From the NCBI RefSeq assembly GCF_009914755.1, contig NC_060930.1: DNA of 64,000 nt; one strand, given 5' to 3'. The translations under genes were made by a program, and so were the position numbers. Shown in pieces: positions 12,152 through 25,525 of this stretch (the stretch's first letter is position 1; each line of letters opens with the position of its first letter). The notes below the pieces were generated by a model. The model did no database searches. It was not told where the DNA came from and saw nothing but the letters and a program-made list of their open reading frames with translations. Origin of the DNA: the human T2T-CHM13v2.0 reference genome, Homo sapiens.

Positions 12152-14024
12152 TTTTATACATACATTCCTAAATATATAAAAGTGCTGCAGAGCCCATCAT
12201 GAGAGTTTTACCTATCCTCTAAATTTAGTGGCAGCTGGGTCAGTCAGACTGGTTGCTCCAATTTTGTCTTCTAGGAAAAATAAAATAAAATAAAAATTCC
12301 ATTGTTTTTGAAGGTTGGTACTAAGAAGGTTTTCAGTTAGAATTTATCGTGCTGTCCTTATGATTCATTTACTGTTAGTAGAAACACTAGTGCCTGAACG
12401 TTGCTTGAATTTTTAATCACTCACCACTCTTTATTTAGTGAGTATGAGATTTACATCCAAGCTATAATTGGGTGCCCACCAGTTTCTTTTTTTGAGATCT
12501 TCATTAGCAAGTGGAATCATTGTTCTCAAGCCCACAGTCAAGACTGGACATCTGAATGACTTCTAATTCTTAGAAACAGGACAATGAATTCTGTGTAACA
12601 ACAAATCTGTTCTTTGATTAATGGTTTGTCCTTCAGAACACAGGAAACCACAGGCTTGTGTAGTCATAGTGGGAGACATTTTTCCTAATCTAAGGGTGAC
12701 ATCTCTTATTTGTGTAGCTTTGTCGTTTTAGGCAATTTGAAGTTTTCTTGGTATTTTGGTTTTCCTAGGCATTTTCATTTCCATTCCTAAGCCTATAAAG
12801 TCTCCAGTTTGTTCACTGGCTTTAGAGTGCTATAGAGTTTGAGATTGCTCGGTTTCAGTGAGACTTTTTATCATGTAAATGTCATCAGTGCTTAGATCTC
12901 TGACTATGGCAGAAGAGCTTAGGAAACATAGATAATTCCTTTGTTATTACATTTTAGTTATTTTGAGGGCTGGCTTTGATTACAGTTTATATAGAAAATA
13001 TAAATATACTCTACCTTTCTGACCTTTTTTTCACTAAGTCTTGTAGAGCATATAGTTTAATTGTTAAGGAACTGAAGAAGATATTTTAAATAAATTATCT
13101 CTCATGAGAAGGATTAGAATCAGTCCTGTATGTTTTGACTTCAGCCAGTTTTATATTTTAAGGTCTGTCAATTGCAGTTTCCACTCCTGGAAGTAATTTC
13201 TATATCAATTAGTTTCAAGTAGCAGGAATACGATTCAAAATACATACAGTATTTCGTAAGCAAAGAGGAATATTTATTTTAAGGGTAGTGTTGTTTCATA
13301 GAATCCAGGGACATATATACATATATGATTGCAGTTGGTTTTCAGGAAGAAATAGAAAAATTATCTAAAAAATCTTTCTTTTTTCCTCTTTCTCTCTCTC
13401 TTCTCTGGAAGTCATAGTAAAGGTAGTCCTCAAAGAAGAGGTAAATGTTTGTGTTCTCCTAATAATCTTCCCTCTAAGTAGACACTTCTCTTAGTCATAA
13501 CAAGACTTTTTGTGGTGAAAAAAATCAAATAATGGGAGGAGATGTAAAAAGTTACAATAATTTTGAAGGTTATACAAGTTTGGAGAAAGTAAAATGTTTG
13601 AGTTAGGTTGAGATGAGGCATTACTTGATTCCCGGGCATTAAAAGTATGCTATGAGGTAAGCAAAATTTTCAAAGATTCCTTCAGCCAAATATGCCTATC
13701 TTAATTTATATTTTCCAAGGGACTTATAGATTATATAATTATTGATGCTGGAGAATGAACCCCAATTAGCCTCATGTGTTTGTTTGTAAATGTGTCTATA
13801 ACCCAATCCTTTGTTTTGTATTCAAATGGAGATTATAGTCAAACTATCTTTGTTCCTTGTATTTAGGTCTATTCATAGAGGTCTTAGCATCTAAAAAATG
13901 CCATAATTTTCATTATTAAAATAACAGGCTATCCTTATATTATTGTATTATTAAATTGGCTATTGTTTCTGAGAAGCATTTATTTTTCTTTGTTTCTTTT
14001 CTCTCTTATTGTGGACAAAATATC

Positions 14025-14503
14025 TGTATAGTCAGCTATTGCTGCACCAATGCTGTATAACAACTGAAATAAACCAGTGATTTATAATAATAGGCATTCT
14101 TTTTTCTTAGCCTTTGGCCTGAAGGTCAACAGCTACAGCCCTGCTTTAGGACACTGCTCAACTTATGTCCATGCTGAAGTTGGCTCAGTATGCTCCATGT
14201 ACTTTTTTATTCTTCATGGACCAGCAGCTACCTGAGACTTGTTCTCAACACAGTGAATCACTGGAGTGAATAAAGATAAGTAGAAATATTTGATATCTTC
14301 TGTGGCTTTTGCCTGGAACTAGCACCTTCTCACTTCTCCCACATTCCATTGACCAAGTATGTCACAATCCCAACATTAGTGAAACAGAGAAATATACCAT
14401 GCCTTTAGTGGGAGAACTATAAAGTCATATGGCTAAAGGTATGAATGTATAAATATATTTATGGAAAGTCATGAAGAATTGACAGCCATGATCCAATATC
14501 ACA
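14025..14503 (-). mobile_element. MLT1 (H/I-like) MaLR solo LTR
   Basis: TGTATAGTCAGCTATTGCTGC start; CACTTCTCCCACATTCCATTGACCAAG...GTCAC motif; ends in ACA. Confidence 0.75.
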
Positions 14504-14693
14504 CCAAAGAAAAAAGAATTCTGCGGTGATATTTGAAATATCTGATATTCTTCTTTTCCACTACTTTTGTAGCAATGGAATAACTATGACTTTGTTGCGC
14601 ATACAATACTTGTTGAGATTTGGTAACACAATGAAGTCTTCACAGGACATTGTCTTGGGACTTTCCCATATCTAGGGTAATGAAAGAGACATT

Positions 14694-14965
14694 GGCTCAT
14701 ATCTGTAATCCCAGCACTTTGGAGACTGAGGCAGTTGAATTGCTTGGGCCCAAGAGTTCTAGAGCAGCCTGGGCAAATGATGAAACCCCATTTCTACAAA
14801 AAAATACAAAAATTAGCCGAGTTTGGTGGCACGTGCCTGTAGTTCCAACTACTGGGGAGGCTGAGGTGGGAGTATCACTTGAGCCCTGGAGACAGAGGTT
14901 GCGGTGAGCCAAGATCACACCATTGCATTCCAGCCTGAGTGACAGAGTAAGGCCTTGTTTCAAAA
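14694..14965 (+). mobile_element. AluJ (Jb-like), slightly 5' truncated
   Basis: TTGCTTGGGCCCAAGAGTTC, ATCACTTGAGCCC; TSD GAAAGAGA(CA/TG)TT at 14682-14693 and 15077-15088. Confidence 0.93.
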
Positions 14966-15076
14966 GAGGGAAGGAAGCAAGGAAGGAAAGAAGGAAGGAA
15001 GGAAGGAAGGAAGGAAGGAAGGAAGGAAGGGAGGGAGGGAGGGAGGGAGGGAGGGAGGGAGGGAGGGAAGGAGAAA
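14966..15076 (+). repeat. (GGAA)9 + (GGGA)10 polypurine microsatellite in the Alu tail
   Basis: GGAA x9 at 14993-15028, followed directly by GGGA x10 at 15029-15068. Confidence 0.97.
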
Positions 15077-17301
15077 GAAAGAGATGTTGAAACCTCACAT
15101 AAACAACAGTGTGTGTATATAGGTAGAAAATTAAATTATAAGTCTGATTTTAAAAGTTCAGCTTAGCAAATGATTGTAAGAATGCCTAATTATTGAATTG
15201 TTATTCTGTCTCTACCCATTCAGTGTTTCAAAAGCCATTTTCCCATTTTCAAGAAAAAATATGGCTATGATCCAACTTTCCCTTTAAATTGAGGAGTAAA
15301 AATTAAAAAAAATAAAAAAAAGGACAGCTGTAGCCTAAATATAGCCTAAATGTGTATCCTAACTTGTTTCACATTCCAATCAATGACTTATACTGATCAG
15401 AGCAGAGCAAGTTCAAATATCTCATTTTCTACTACAATAAAGATTTTGCATTAAAAATAATATTGGTCACTGCTAAATAATACTATACAATTGGGAAAAT
15501 ATCATCAAATAAACAAATTAAAATTTCTTTTTAAACCTCCAAAGGAGAGCTATTTATTTCCACTTCAAAGCTGCATAAATAAATCTTTTTTACAGTGTAC
15601 CTGCAGCGTGCATAACATCATCTTGCATATTACAAAAGTGGAAGAGAATAATGCATGGCTGCTATATTTTAAAAACATGTATACAACAGCAAACAGGAAC
15701 ACTGAAATTTAGTTCTGGTTAAAACCCCTTTTTGTTTTTGAATTTGGCAATAAGTTAGTATCAGGAATTATTATCCTGGAGAATCACTCAAATGTAATTT
15801 AAATTATTTTATTTTGTTATAAACAAAATGTAATCAAGAAGGCATAGTGGAAAGCATGTGTAGATTATAGACAGTTATGTATTTCATTTATTGCGATATT
15901 AAGAAAAAGAGAAGACAGTTTTTGCAGCGATAGTTAAGACATATTTACCTTTAGGACATGTTTTACCACTTTCATTAGATTTATTCTATTGAGATTAAAA
16001 AGTGAATACTAGGATATATAAAATAAGACAAATGTTATTTAATGAAGTTTGGCAAAAATCATGTCAGGTGCAAGCAATGGGGATTGAAGGGGTAAAGATA
16101 GTATGGGCTTCCAGGTAATTTAGTGCAGTTCATTTGAATTCAATTTTTGGAGTACCTATAGCAAACCACACACTCTTTTAATAGTATGGGGGATCCAGTA
16201 AAGAGCAATGCTTTCTTCTCAGACCAAGGACATACAGCAATAGCAGTAAGCTGACAAGGCAAGTGGTTTTTATTTGACTGGAATAAATTTGGTTTCTCAC
16301 TATTTTAGTTAGGAACAAACAAACAAAGCTACCAAATAGATGTTACAGAGATGCTTTGCTAGATAAAATGTCACAGCAATGGGAAGGAAGAATCTCCTGG
16401 GGAAGCAAGTTTCACAGATGATAGGTCTTGACTGAGAGAGTTTTAACTTTGACTGTTATACTTATCCATGAGATAGAGATACAGTATGTGTTTTCAAGAG
16501 CTGTGACAATAAAGTGGAAAATAGAATATGTGTAAAATACTGAGCCACCCCAATTTTTTCTCTGTTTGAAGCCAAATTGTGTTGGTTTGATTCCTTTTAT
16601 AATTGCTAAAGTTTTCAGAAATGGAAGTTATAGTTAATTGTTGTATAATAAAATTGACTAATTAGAATCTAAGTAATCATAGATCCTAATAATAAAATTC
16701 AGCAAACTTAGAGAAATTGATTTTAGGAAAAAACAGCTTTATTTTAGAGCTTTAGCCCCAAACATATTTCCAGCTAATATCTTGCTTTTGGTATAAATTC
16801 AGTGTTATTCTCTACCCTTTTATTTCTTCAAATACTGCGAGCAGAGTGAGAATGAATGTTCAGAGGGAGGACTGGAAGGCCGTGTAAGCTTTTCAATCAT
16901 CAAAGAAGTTTCTATCTCGTTTGATGTTTCCTCCTTACAAAGACAGAAAATTGGACTCTTGCATTTTAGAAAGAATACATACTGTAGGTTCTAGTTTACT
17001 TTAAGTTAAACAGAAGATAGCATTAATCCTGTATATCAGTTACTGGAGGCTAGCCTTGATTTAAACTTTATGTATAAACAATTGTACTTTGAATTTCATT
17101 GGTGTATGTGTGTAAACACTTATTTCTAATTTGATATTGCATGAGGGTTTAGGATTTGGAGACCTTTCTAGAATGTCTTTGATCTTCAAAACTTACTGAA
17201 TGTTCAGGTTTAACATTTTCCTTTGGGACAGTTTGCAAGCAATGCTGAAAGTTTATGGTAAAATATATGAGACTGCTGTGTAGTAGAAGTCACTTATTTA
17301 C

Positions 17302-17682
17302 TGTCTTAGTTCATTTTCTGCTACTATAAAAGAATATTACAGACTGGGTAGATTATAAAGAACAGAATTGTATTTGGTTTGCGATTCTAGAGACTTGGAA
17401 GTTTAAGAATACGGTCCCAGCATCTGGCCAAAGTCATCTCATAGCGGAAGGGTGGGATGCAGAAGGGCAAGAGTGGGATGCAGAAGGGGCTGGACTCCCT
17501 TCATTACAAGCTGCTCTTGAGATAACTAACCTGTTCCCATTATAATGACATTAATCGATTCTTGAGGCTCCACCCTCATGACCTGATCACCTCTCTTATT
17601 AGGCCCTACTTCCCAACATTGTTGGATTGGGGATAAAGTTTCCAACACAGGAACTTTTGGGGGACACATTCGAACTATGGCA
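17302..17682 (-). mobile_element. MST (MSTC-like) MaLR solo LTR
   Basis: TGTCTTAGTTCATTTTCTGCTACTATAAAAGAAT...TTTTGGGGGACACATTCGAACTATGGCA; internal 16-bp duplication GTGGGATGCAGAAGGG at 17452 and 17473. Confidence 0.88.
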
Positions 17683-17719
17683 GCTATCTTCAGCTCTGAG
17701 GATTAGTGACTCTTCTTCC

Positions 17720-18031
17720 AGGTCAGAAAGACTTTCTTCCTCATTTCATTATACCCAAATACCACCTTCCTAGAAAGACCTTCCCTTGTCAGTCTAAATA
17801 AAATGTTGTTTTTTTCCCTGTCAATCTCTATCCTCCTTATTCTGTTTTATTTTTCTTTATATCTCGTTATCAAATGGCACATTATGTGTGTGTTTGTCCT
17901 CCTGCTGCCTTAAAATGAAACTCCATAAGAGTAAGGACATTTTGTGTTTGATTCATTTCTATTTCCTGAGTACCTAGAGCAGTTCCCAGCACAACTAAAT
18001 GCTCAATAAATATTTTTCTTCAATGAATGAA
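17720..18031 (+). mobile_element. L2 3' end
   Basis: CCTAGAGCAGTTCCCAGCACAACTAAATGCTCAATAAATATTT...AATGAATGAA is a typical L2 tail. Confidence 0.85.
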
Positions 18032-19514
18032 GAAAATTGGAGAGTAAATGAAGCTAGTCAACTACTCAGACACTGTATCAACTCATCTTTTATTATGAGT
18101 ATGGTAGTTCTTATTAGGGATTGTAAGAGGTAATTTATGTTTTTATTTTTACCTGACTGCATTTTATGAGGGAAAACATACGCTATGGTGGTGCCTGGGA
18201 ATTCTGGGAAGTCATGATTATCTAGATATTTCCAGAATAAGGGTCTACTTAGGTAATAATGTCTAAAATCTTTACATGCATCAGCACAGTGATACACATA
18301 CACATGTGCATACATTCACAAATATACATGCATATGTCGCATAAATATTACCTTATAATTTTAAATGTTGAATATTTTATTAACTAAATTCACAGTCATT
18401 TCTTTTTTAACCTATCCAATATTTATTCCTGTTACCCTTTCATTCTTGCACAAACTGAACTTTTTATACTGTGTGTTAAATTGATCTAATATGAAATCCA
18501 GTTTAATTATTAAATTTAGTTCAATATTTAATTTGGTTTAGTAAAAGTGATCTTGCATATAATGTATGCATTTAATTGATATATTTAGGACAGGATAATT
18601 TTGAATAGGTTAAATATTTAATGTAGAGTAATTTTTTAAATTATTCAGGATTAAAAATAGAATAGATCTATGTTATCAAAGTACTGAGCAGATAAATGTC
18701 ATGATTTAATAAATTTCTGTTCACATATGTGAAATACTGCCATTGCTTAACTTCTTATCACCAATCTGTCTTTGTCTATGGTCTGGCTATGAACTCTGTT
18801 TTATTAATAAGGAAAGAAACTAAAGGTCTTCAATATCACAAAATCTTTCTTCTTTCTCTTTGAAGTATCTAATGTCAACATCCTTTTACCTATCCTTTTC
18901 CTACTTTTCTTACTCAAATTCTTGTTAGTACATTGTGACTATTAGTATGTCTTTTAAAATATGAGATTTAAAATGAGTTAGCACTTTCTCTCTCTTTTTT
19001 ATTCCTAAATTATACTTTCCCCAAATCAGCCAGTGTCAGTTTCCTATCCACAGCTCGAACTTCACTCTTGTATTTAAATACATGTTCTCCTGTTCAGGTC
19101 CACGAATAATTGCTGATTGTCTATGTTATTGTCAGCTTGTTTCTCTTTCTCATCCTCCTTTTCTTCTTAAGTCCAAATTTTATCCTCTTCATTTCCACAG
19201 AATAGCTCAGGCTTTATGATCATTCCTTCCTATAATATCACAATTGTCCCTAAATGGTCTCCACATCAGCTGCTCCTCTTACTTCCATCACTTTATTGCT
19301 CTGCACCCTGCCCACCATCATTACTCAAATGATGAATTCATATGCTTGTGCACTGCAGTCAAACCCAAAACAGGGCCCTTGTCTACGTAAAGACTCTCAA
19401 GGCGTGAGCTGTATTTTAAAGTTCCAATTGTAATTATCTGATTATGATTAAAATGAGGAAAGATAAGCAGGCTTTGGTCTGTTTTTAAGTCAACTTATTT
19501 TGCGTGTGATATTC

Positions 19515-19625
19515 CTCTTCCTCCTCTTCCTTTTCTTCCTCTTCCTCCTCTTTCCCTCCTCCTCCTCTTTTCCTCCTTCCATGGCTCCTCATCCTTCCTC
19601 TTCCTATTTATTTCTCTTCTTCCTT
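19515..19625. repeat. (CCT/CTT)n polypyrimidine low-complexity tract
   Basis: Direct inspection. Confidence 0.9.
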
Positions 19626-20029
19626 CAAAAAGAGATTCACTAATGATTTCATGTTGATGGTGCTGGAGGAAAGGTAAATGAGGAAGTATGAAGAGACTTA
19701 GCCCCAGTCACGGGATTGGGCTATCATATGCTCATAATAACAAAGTAACCAAATAGCCATGGGTACCAGCAGCAATCTGCCCAGAATCCAGGAGGAGTCT
19801 TTAGCACCATATCTATTAAAAGCTTTCTAGACCCATGAATGCTATACTTATATCCTGGTAATTTTCTACTTTGGAATTAAGTTTGGGATCAGGAGTTGGG
19901 TAATTTGTTGTTATTTTCCTTCACATTCAAATTTATAAACACAATGATTTTTAAAATTTATTCCTTTTTTAGTACTTGAAGTTAAAAGAATTTAAATGTG
20001 TGTAGTTGGAGAGAACCGCTTCAGACATC

Positions 20030-20203
20030 TGTGCCAGATACATGTTAGAGTGTTACCAGTGATTCTCTCCATGATCCTTGCTTCCTGGTTTTCATGTCTT
20101 GGTATAATCTCTTCTTGCTGAGTGTTGGCAGGACCTGTAACTTGCCTCTAAAAAATGTAATGTATAAAAGATGATAGAATAGTAATTCCAATGGTTACAT
20201 TAT

Positions 20204-20242
<39 letters not shown>

Positions 20243-20805
20243 TATTGGGTTATGTATAATATATATTACATATACAAAACTAATATATGTTATCTATAAC
20301 AATGTATATCACATATATAACATCATATATACATACATATTATATATATATATAACTGCTTTGCTGGTGGGGACTTGCTCTAAGAACTGTCTTCCTTGCT
20401 GGCTTAAGTAATAGGCTATGTTGGGAAAGCCCATGTGGCAAGGAACAATGGGAGCTTCTGGGAATTAAAATGGCTTCTAGGAATGTGAGTAGCCGCTACT
20501 AGCTGAGAGAAGCTTCAACTCATGGCCAGCAAAATGCTGGTACCCTTAGCCCTTCAGCCACAAGGGAATGAATTCTGTCAACAACCTGAGTAAGCATTGA
20601 AATACATTTTTTTTTTCCAGCTTAGTTCCAGCTGAGAATGCAGTTCAGTTGATGTCTTGGTTGCAGCCTTGTAAGCCTATAAGCAGAAGATCCAGTTATG
20701 TTAAAGCCTAGACTCCTGACCTGCAGAAACTCTGAGTAACAAAATGTGTGTTGTTTTAAGCTGCGAAGCTTGTGGTGATTTGTTACATAGTAATGAAACT
20801 AATAA
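20030..20805 (+). mobile_element. MLT1E-like MaLR LTR with internal (AC)16 and TA-rich expansion
   Basis: GCCCATGTGGCAAGGAAC, CCACAAGGGAATGAATTCTGTCAACAACCTGAG, TGTTGTTTTAAGCTGC...TTTGTTAC; (AC)16 at 20209-20240. Confidence 0.85.
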
Positions 20806-21004
20806 ATTTGTCTAAACTAAATAATTCAGGCCAGGAAAAATCCCCCTATGCTCGTATGAATATAATCATTATATCTGCCACACATACCTTCAAGTTCAAG
20901 CTTTAAAAGGCTACTTACTGCACCACTAGATCACTTGTTCTCCACCAACCATGGCATATTTGCTCACATCTCTCTACCTGTGTTTATGAGGGCGTTTTTA
21001 AAAA

Positions 21005-21868
21005 TAGAGTTTCCAAAAGTGTAGGACACATTTCATTTATCATAAGCTGGACCTGGTAGGTAGATAATTATGTTCACACACATAGCATTAAATCAAATTG
21101 TATTACGACTTGGAAAATATTTTTTTTCCTCAATTTTCTTGGCATCTGTCTTAGTCCTCTTGGGCTATTATAACAAAATACCATAGACTGAAAGGCTTCA
21201 ACCATTTTTTTTCTCCCAGTTCTGGAGGCTAGAAGTTCCAGATCAAGGTGTCAGAATGAACGGTCTGGTGAGGGCTCTCTTCCTGGCTTGCAGGTGGCCA
21301 CCCTTACACTGTGTCCTCATATGGAGTGGGGGTGGGGAGAAAGAGGACTCAAGTGTCTCTTATAAAGGGACTGATCTCAGCACGAGGGCCCCACCCTCAT
21401 TATCTCATCCCAAATTAATTACTTCCTAAAGATCCCATCTTTAAATAACATCACATGGGGGGTTAGGGGTTTAACTTATGAACTGTAAGGGGACTCAGTC
21501 AGTCTGTAGCAGCATTTCTTTTTTTTTTTTGTATCTCTTCTATTTTGTCCCTGTTCTTTCTGTTAAATTATCTTTGTAACAAGGGATGCAGACCTGCAGA
21601 ACAGTCTTTGGTAGCAACAGAAACTATGTAAAATACAATGTTTTCTTCTGTTTTCAACACATCTATTTTTCAACTTCACCTTTACATTGTGCCAGGTGAT
21701 ACTGGGTTTTCACTTGTGGAAGTCCTAACGTGCTTTCTTTTTAAGTACATTTATTTAAAATTTAATAAAACTTGAATCATATGAAGGAAAATATGAAGTA
21801 ACTATAACCATAGGTATTAACATAGGTCATGCATGTGGTCCACAGTGACTGAACTTTGAAAAACTTCA
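21005..21868 (+). mobile_element. MER113 hAT-Charlie element (interrupted by MLT1A0)
   Basis: TAGAGTTTCCAAAAGTGTAGG start, GCATTAAAT, GTGATACTGGGTTTTC, TGACTGAACTTTGAAAAAC end, collinear with the recalled MER113 consensus. Confidence 0.7.
21147..21511 (-). mobile_element. MLT1A0-like MaLR solo LTR
   Basis: TGTCTTAGTC...TAACAAAATACCATAGACTG...GTTCTGGAGGCTAGAAG...GGTGAGGGCTCTCTTCCTGGCTTGCAG; 5-bp TSD GCATC/GCATT. Confidence 0.9.
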
Positions 21869-21879
21869 TTTCCATCAAA

Positions 21880-22130
21880 CTCCTCCTTTTTGCTTGTTCC
21901 TCAAGGTTCAGCTCACATATGGCCTTCTGAGAAAGCCTTCCTGGCCTTCTTTAATTAATGATACCCTTAGTGAATCCACAGAACATAACTCAAAATGTTA
22001 TTACAGCATGTATCAATTCCTTAACATTTGTTTCCCTTGATTTATTATAAACTCCTAGTATCAAAGACCACGCCTAAATTATCTATGTTTGGCCTCTAGA
22101 ATGGTGCCTTGAACATGGGAGAAATGTGTA
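21880..22130 (+). mobile_element. L2 3' fragment
   Basis: CCTCAAGGTTCAGCTCA...GAAAGCCTTCCTG...TATAAACTCCT...TAGAATGGTGCCT. Confidence 0.65.
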
Positions 22131-22724
22131 ACTCATTTTAGATAATATGTTACTATATACGAGAGGTAATACTGGCCAGTGTATTGCTTGTGTAGATAAA
22201 TAAGGCTCTTCTTACGCTATAGGAACATCATATACACTATAGGCACTTCCATCACTATATATGACCTTAAGATAAAAATCATATAAGTGAATCTTACTGG
22301 TAAAGACCAGTAAACAAAAAAGACATAATTAAATAGGAATGTGCAATAGATTACAAAGTAATGTTAAATATTGTGAATTAATTTCAGTTAATTTGTCTTA
22401 TTCAAAATTTTCCATTAAAGAACTCGTTTTAGTTTCCAAAAACTTCGGTTACAAAGCAAAAAGAAGTAATTACTAATCATTTATTCTGAAATAAATTTTA
22501 AAACTCTAAGAGCTTTATTATCTTTTATAAACTATTTATAGCATTTCTACTAGGTGTTAAAAAAAGCATCAGGTTCTTAAAAATTATTAATATATAATGT
22601 AGTAGTAGCTGATGAAGAATAGCTGACATGGAAAACATAAAGAAGTGTGATAGTCTTTATTTATTTTCTTAAAACACTTGGTAACATGTACCTAATATAT
22701 TGATTTCAATCATGTTGAATTTAT

Positions 22725-22880
22725 TCATCCTCCTTCCCTCTTTCCTTCCCTTCCCTTCCCTCCCTCCTTCACTTTCCTCCCTTCCTTCCTTCCTTCCTTC
22801 CTCTCTCCCTCCCTTCTTCCCTCCCTCCATCCCTTCCTCCCTCCTTCCCTTCCTCCCTCCCTCTTTTCCTCCCTTACTTT
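22725..22880. repeat. (CCTT/CCCT)n polypyrimidine tract
   Basis: Direct inspection. Confidence 0.93.
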
Positions 22881-24594
22881 GTTCTTTTAAACAATTCTTA
22901 TGTGAAATAGGCTAAAAACAGAATTTTAAAAGCTAGACCATAAAATGTTTCTTCTTGAGGTAAGAAAATAACATATAATATCCAATAACAATGATAAAAA
23001 CTATAACTACTTCTCTAAGGAAACAAATAGAAAATGATATTTATTGTCTATTCAAACCAAAGATGTGTGTATATGATGCTGTTTCAATGAAGAAATTATA
23101 GAAAATTATATCTATGAAAGCAAAAGTGCTTTGCACTATTAGAAAGAAGAGTGTCATATAAATAAATTCAATCTTGAAGTTGGAATGCTTTAGCTGCCAT
23201 AGATGTTTATGCAGGAGGGACTATTTGTACCTGCCACATAAACAGCACTAGGAAGGAAGAAAATCTGCTTATATCCAAATGTGCTGGCTGAACAAATACC
23301 AATCTTAATTTTTAAAAATCAAGGTTTCTGCTATAGTTTTTTTTGAAGCCAAATGTTTAGATTCTGATTTTTTTCCCACTTTTTATCATCAGGGTTTGTC
23401 ATCAGGAGACACAGTGAACTGATGCTACTTATGCTGAGAGAAAAGGCTATACCATTTTTGAAATTATTCTCATTGTTTAAGAATATTAATTGAAGAATTG
23501 CCATGCTATGATTGGTTTAGTCACAGTTTGCTTGCACTTGATAACGTTACGAATGCAGTTTGAATAAAAAAAACTGCAGATAGTTTCCAGTAAAATAAAT
23601 GGAAGGAGGATTGCCATAGAAATAGTAATATTTAAAAGTACTTAGCTTGAGCAATGAAATTAATTTATTATAGTGTTGCTCTGTAATGAGAAAGAATTTT
23701 TTTTTCAGTATTATAGATCTATGTGGAGACAGAGGGCAAAATAAGTGAGAAATGTGGTTCAATTGACCCTGGAAGAGAGAAGTTATTTCTTATGTCGGTG
23801 GAGGTTTAAAACTCATTTGCCATGCATTTCTTGTTATTGCATTTTAATTATAGTGAGGACACATATGCTGACAGCGCATGAGATCATATTTGTTAAATGA
23901 ACCTCGACTTGTGCAGCACGCATCAGAAAGCCTCCGGGATTACTCAATGTATAGGCTTTGTTGTGCTTACAAAATAAAGGAAAGCTCTGTTAGGTATTAT
24001 TTCAAGGATAAGGATATGAACTAAGGAATTAAATTCTAAAATTGCAAATAATTAGAAAAAAGAAGACTTAAAGGTATTCCTCAGAAGGAAAGCAGATACA
24101 TTAAATAACTTGCAAGAAATACAAATAAGAATAGTCATTTAATTACATATATATTCAATATCTACATAAACAGATATAAACATCACACAATAAAAATATC
24201 ATGCAGGATGTATGTATTCACTAAAGTGAGTTCAGTTTCTGAGAGTACTAAGCTGATGAAGTTGCAGTTCAGGATTAAATTTCTGTGTAGACCACTTAGG
24301 TCTGCTGTTTTAAAGCCACATGCTGCCCTAATACCCCTAAGTAACTTCACAATTGCACATAGTTGCTCAAAAAAGAAAAATCCAAAAATGGTCCCTAGTC
24401 CCGTAACAAAGAACTCGAAGGATATTTTCTATTAATAGGGTCCGCTCAGCACAGGCAATTAAATTTGAATAAGGAGTCAAAAAAAATATATATATATATA
24501 TAGTGTATATATCTGTAGATCTATAGATATATCTATAAGTGTGTGTATATATATATAGATATATACATGTATATATCTATATCTATGTCTGTAA

Positions 24595-24795
<201 letters not shown>

Positions 24796-24939
24796 TAAAA
24801 TTATTATAGTAAATAGATATGAAAGTGTCAGCTAATATATTTTAGTTATATATTAGTTGACTAATATAATTAATGACTTTTATTAGATATTAATAATGAT
24901 ATAATGCTGAATTATGAGTGGTAGTTTGTTTCTTGTTGC

Positions 24940-25340
24940 TTTTTATTGTAAAATATTTTCGGTATTCATAAAGATGTAAAGAGTAATTTAATAAACGCCT
25001 ATGTACCGCTTATGTATCCTAAGACAGAACACATTACAAATACAGTTAAAGTCCTTTGTAATCACATTCCACATCAACGTCCCCAGAAAATAATTACCCT
25101 AAATTTGATATTTATTATCTGTAAGCATTTGTTTATTCCCTCTACTACATAAATGCTTCCCCAAACAATAAATAATATTTTTCTATATTTTAAGAATTTA
25201 TGAAAATCTATACTACACTGTATTTTGTTTTTGCAGTTCTCTTTTGTGCTCATTATTTTGTCTGTTTATTTTGCATGATTCATGAATTAGCATTCTAGCT
25301 CTAATTTGTAATGGTGTATGATATACCATTGTATACTTAT
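24940..25340 (-). mobile_element. old L1M 3' end
   Basis: TTTATTGTAAAATATTTTC...AGAACACATTACAAATACAGTTAAAG...TAATTACCCTAAATTT resembles L1ME/MC 3'UTR. Confidence 0.6.
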
Positions 25341-25369
25341 TTTAGTTGTAATGTACTCATTCGTGTGGT

Positions 25370-25522
25370 CTTTTCTGGCCACTTCTCAGTGGCCCTGCTT
25401 AGTGCCCTGGCAGGCTGAACATTTACTGACTCCATCAATTTGGCTCCCTTCTCCCTGGTTTCCCAGTGGGTTCAGCCAATGGGAGGCACCAGCAGGAAAT
25501 CAAACGATAGAAGACAAGAGAT
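25370..25522. mobile_element. LTR33-like ERVL LTR fragment
   Basis: GGCTCCCTTCTCCCTGGTTTCCCAGTGGGTTCAGCCAATGGGAGGCACCAGCAGGA. Confidence 0.7.
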
Positions 25523-25525
25523 ATT

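Noticed and set aside
14650-15098. Longest ORF (133 aa, 14697..15098) and the other Alu-overlapping ORFs (29591, 32385, 41721, 41975, 47504, 47562, 53638, 53700)
   Set aside because: Translations of Alu sequence and microsatellite (LPPS/FLPS repeats, classic Alu-derived peptides); not genes
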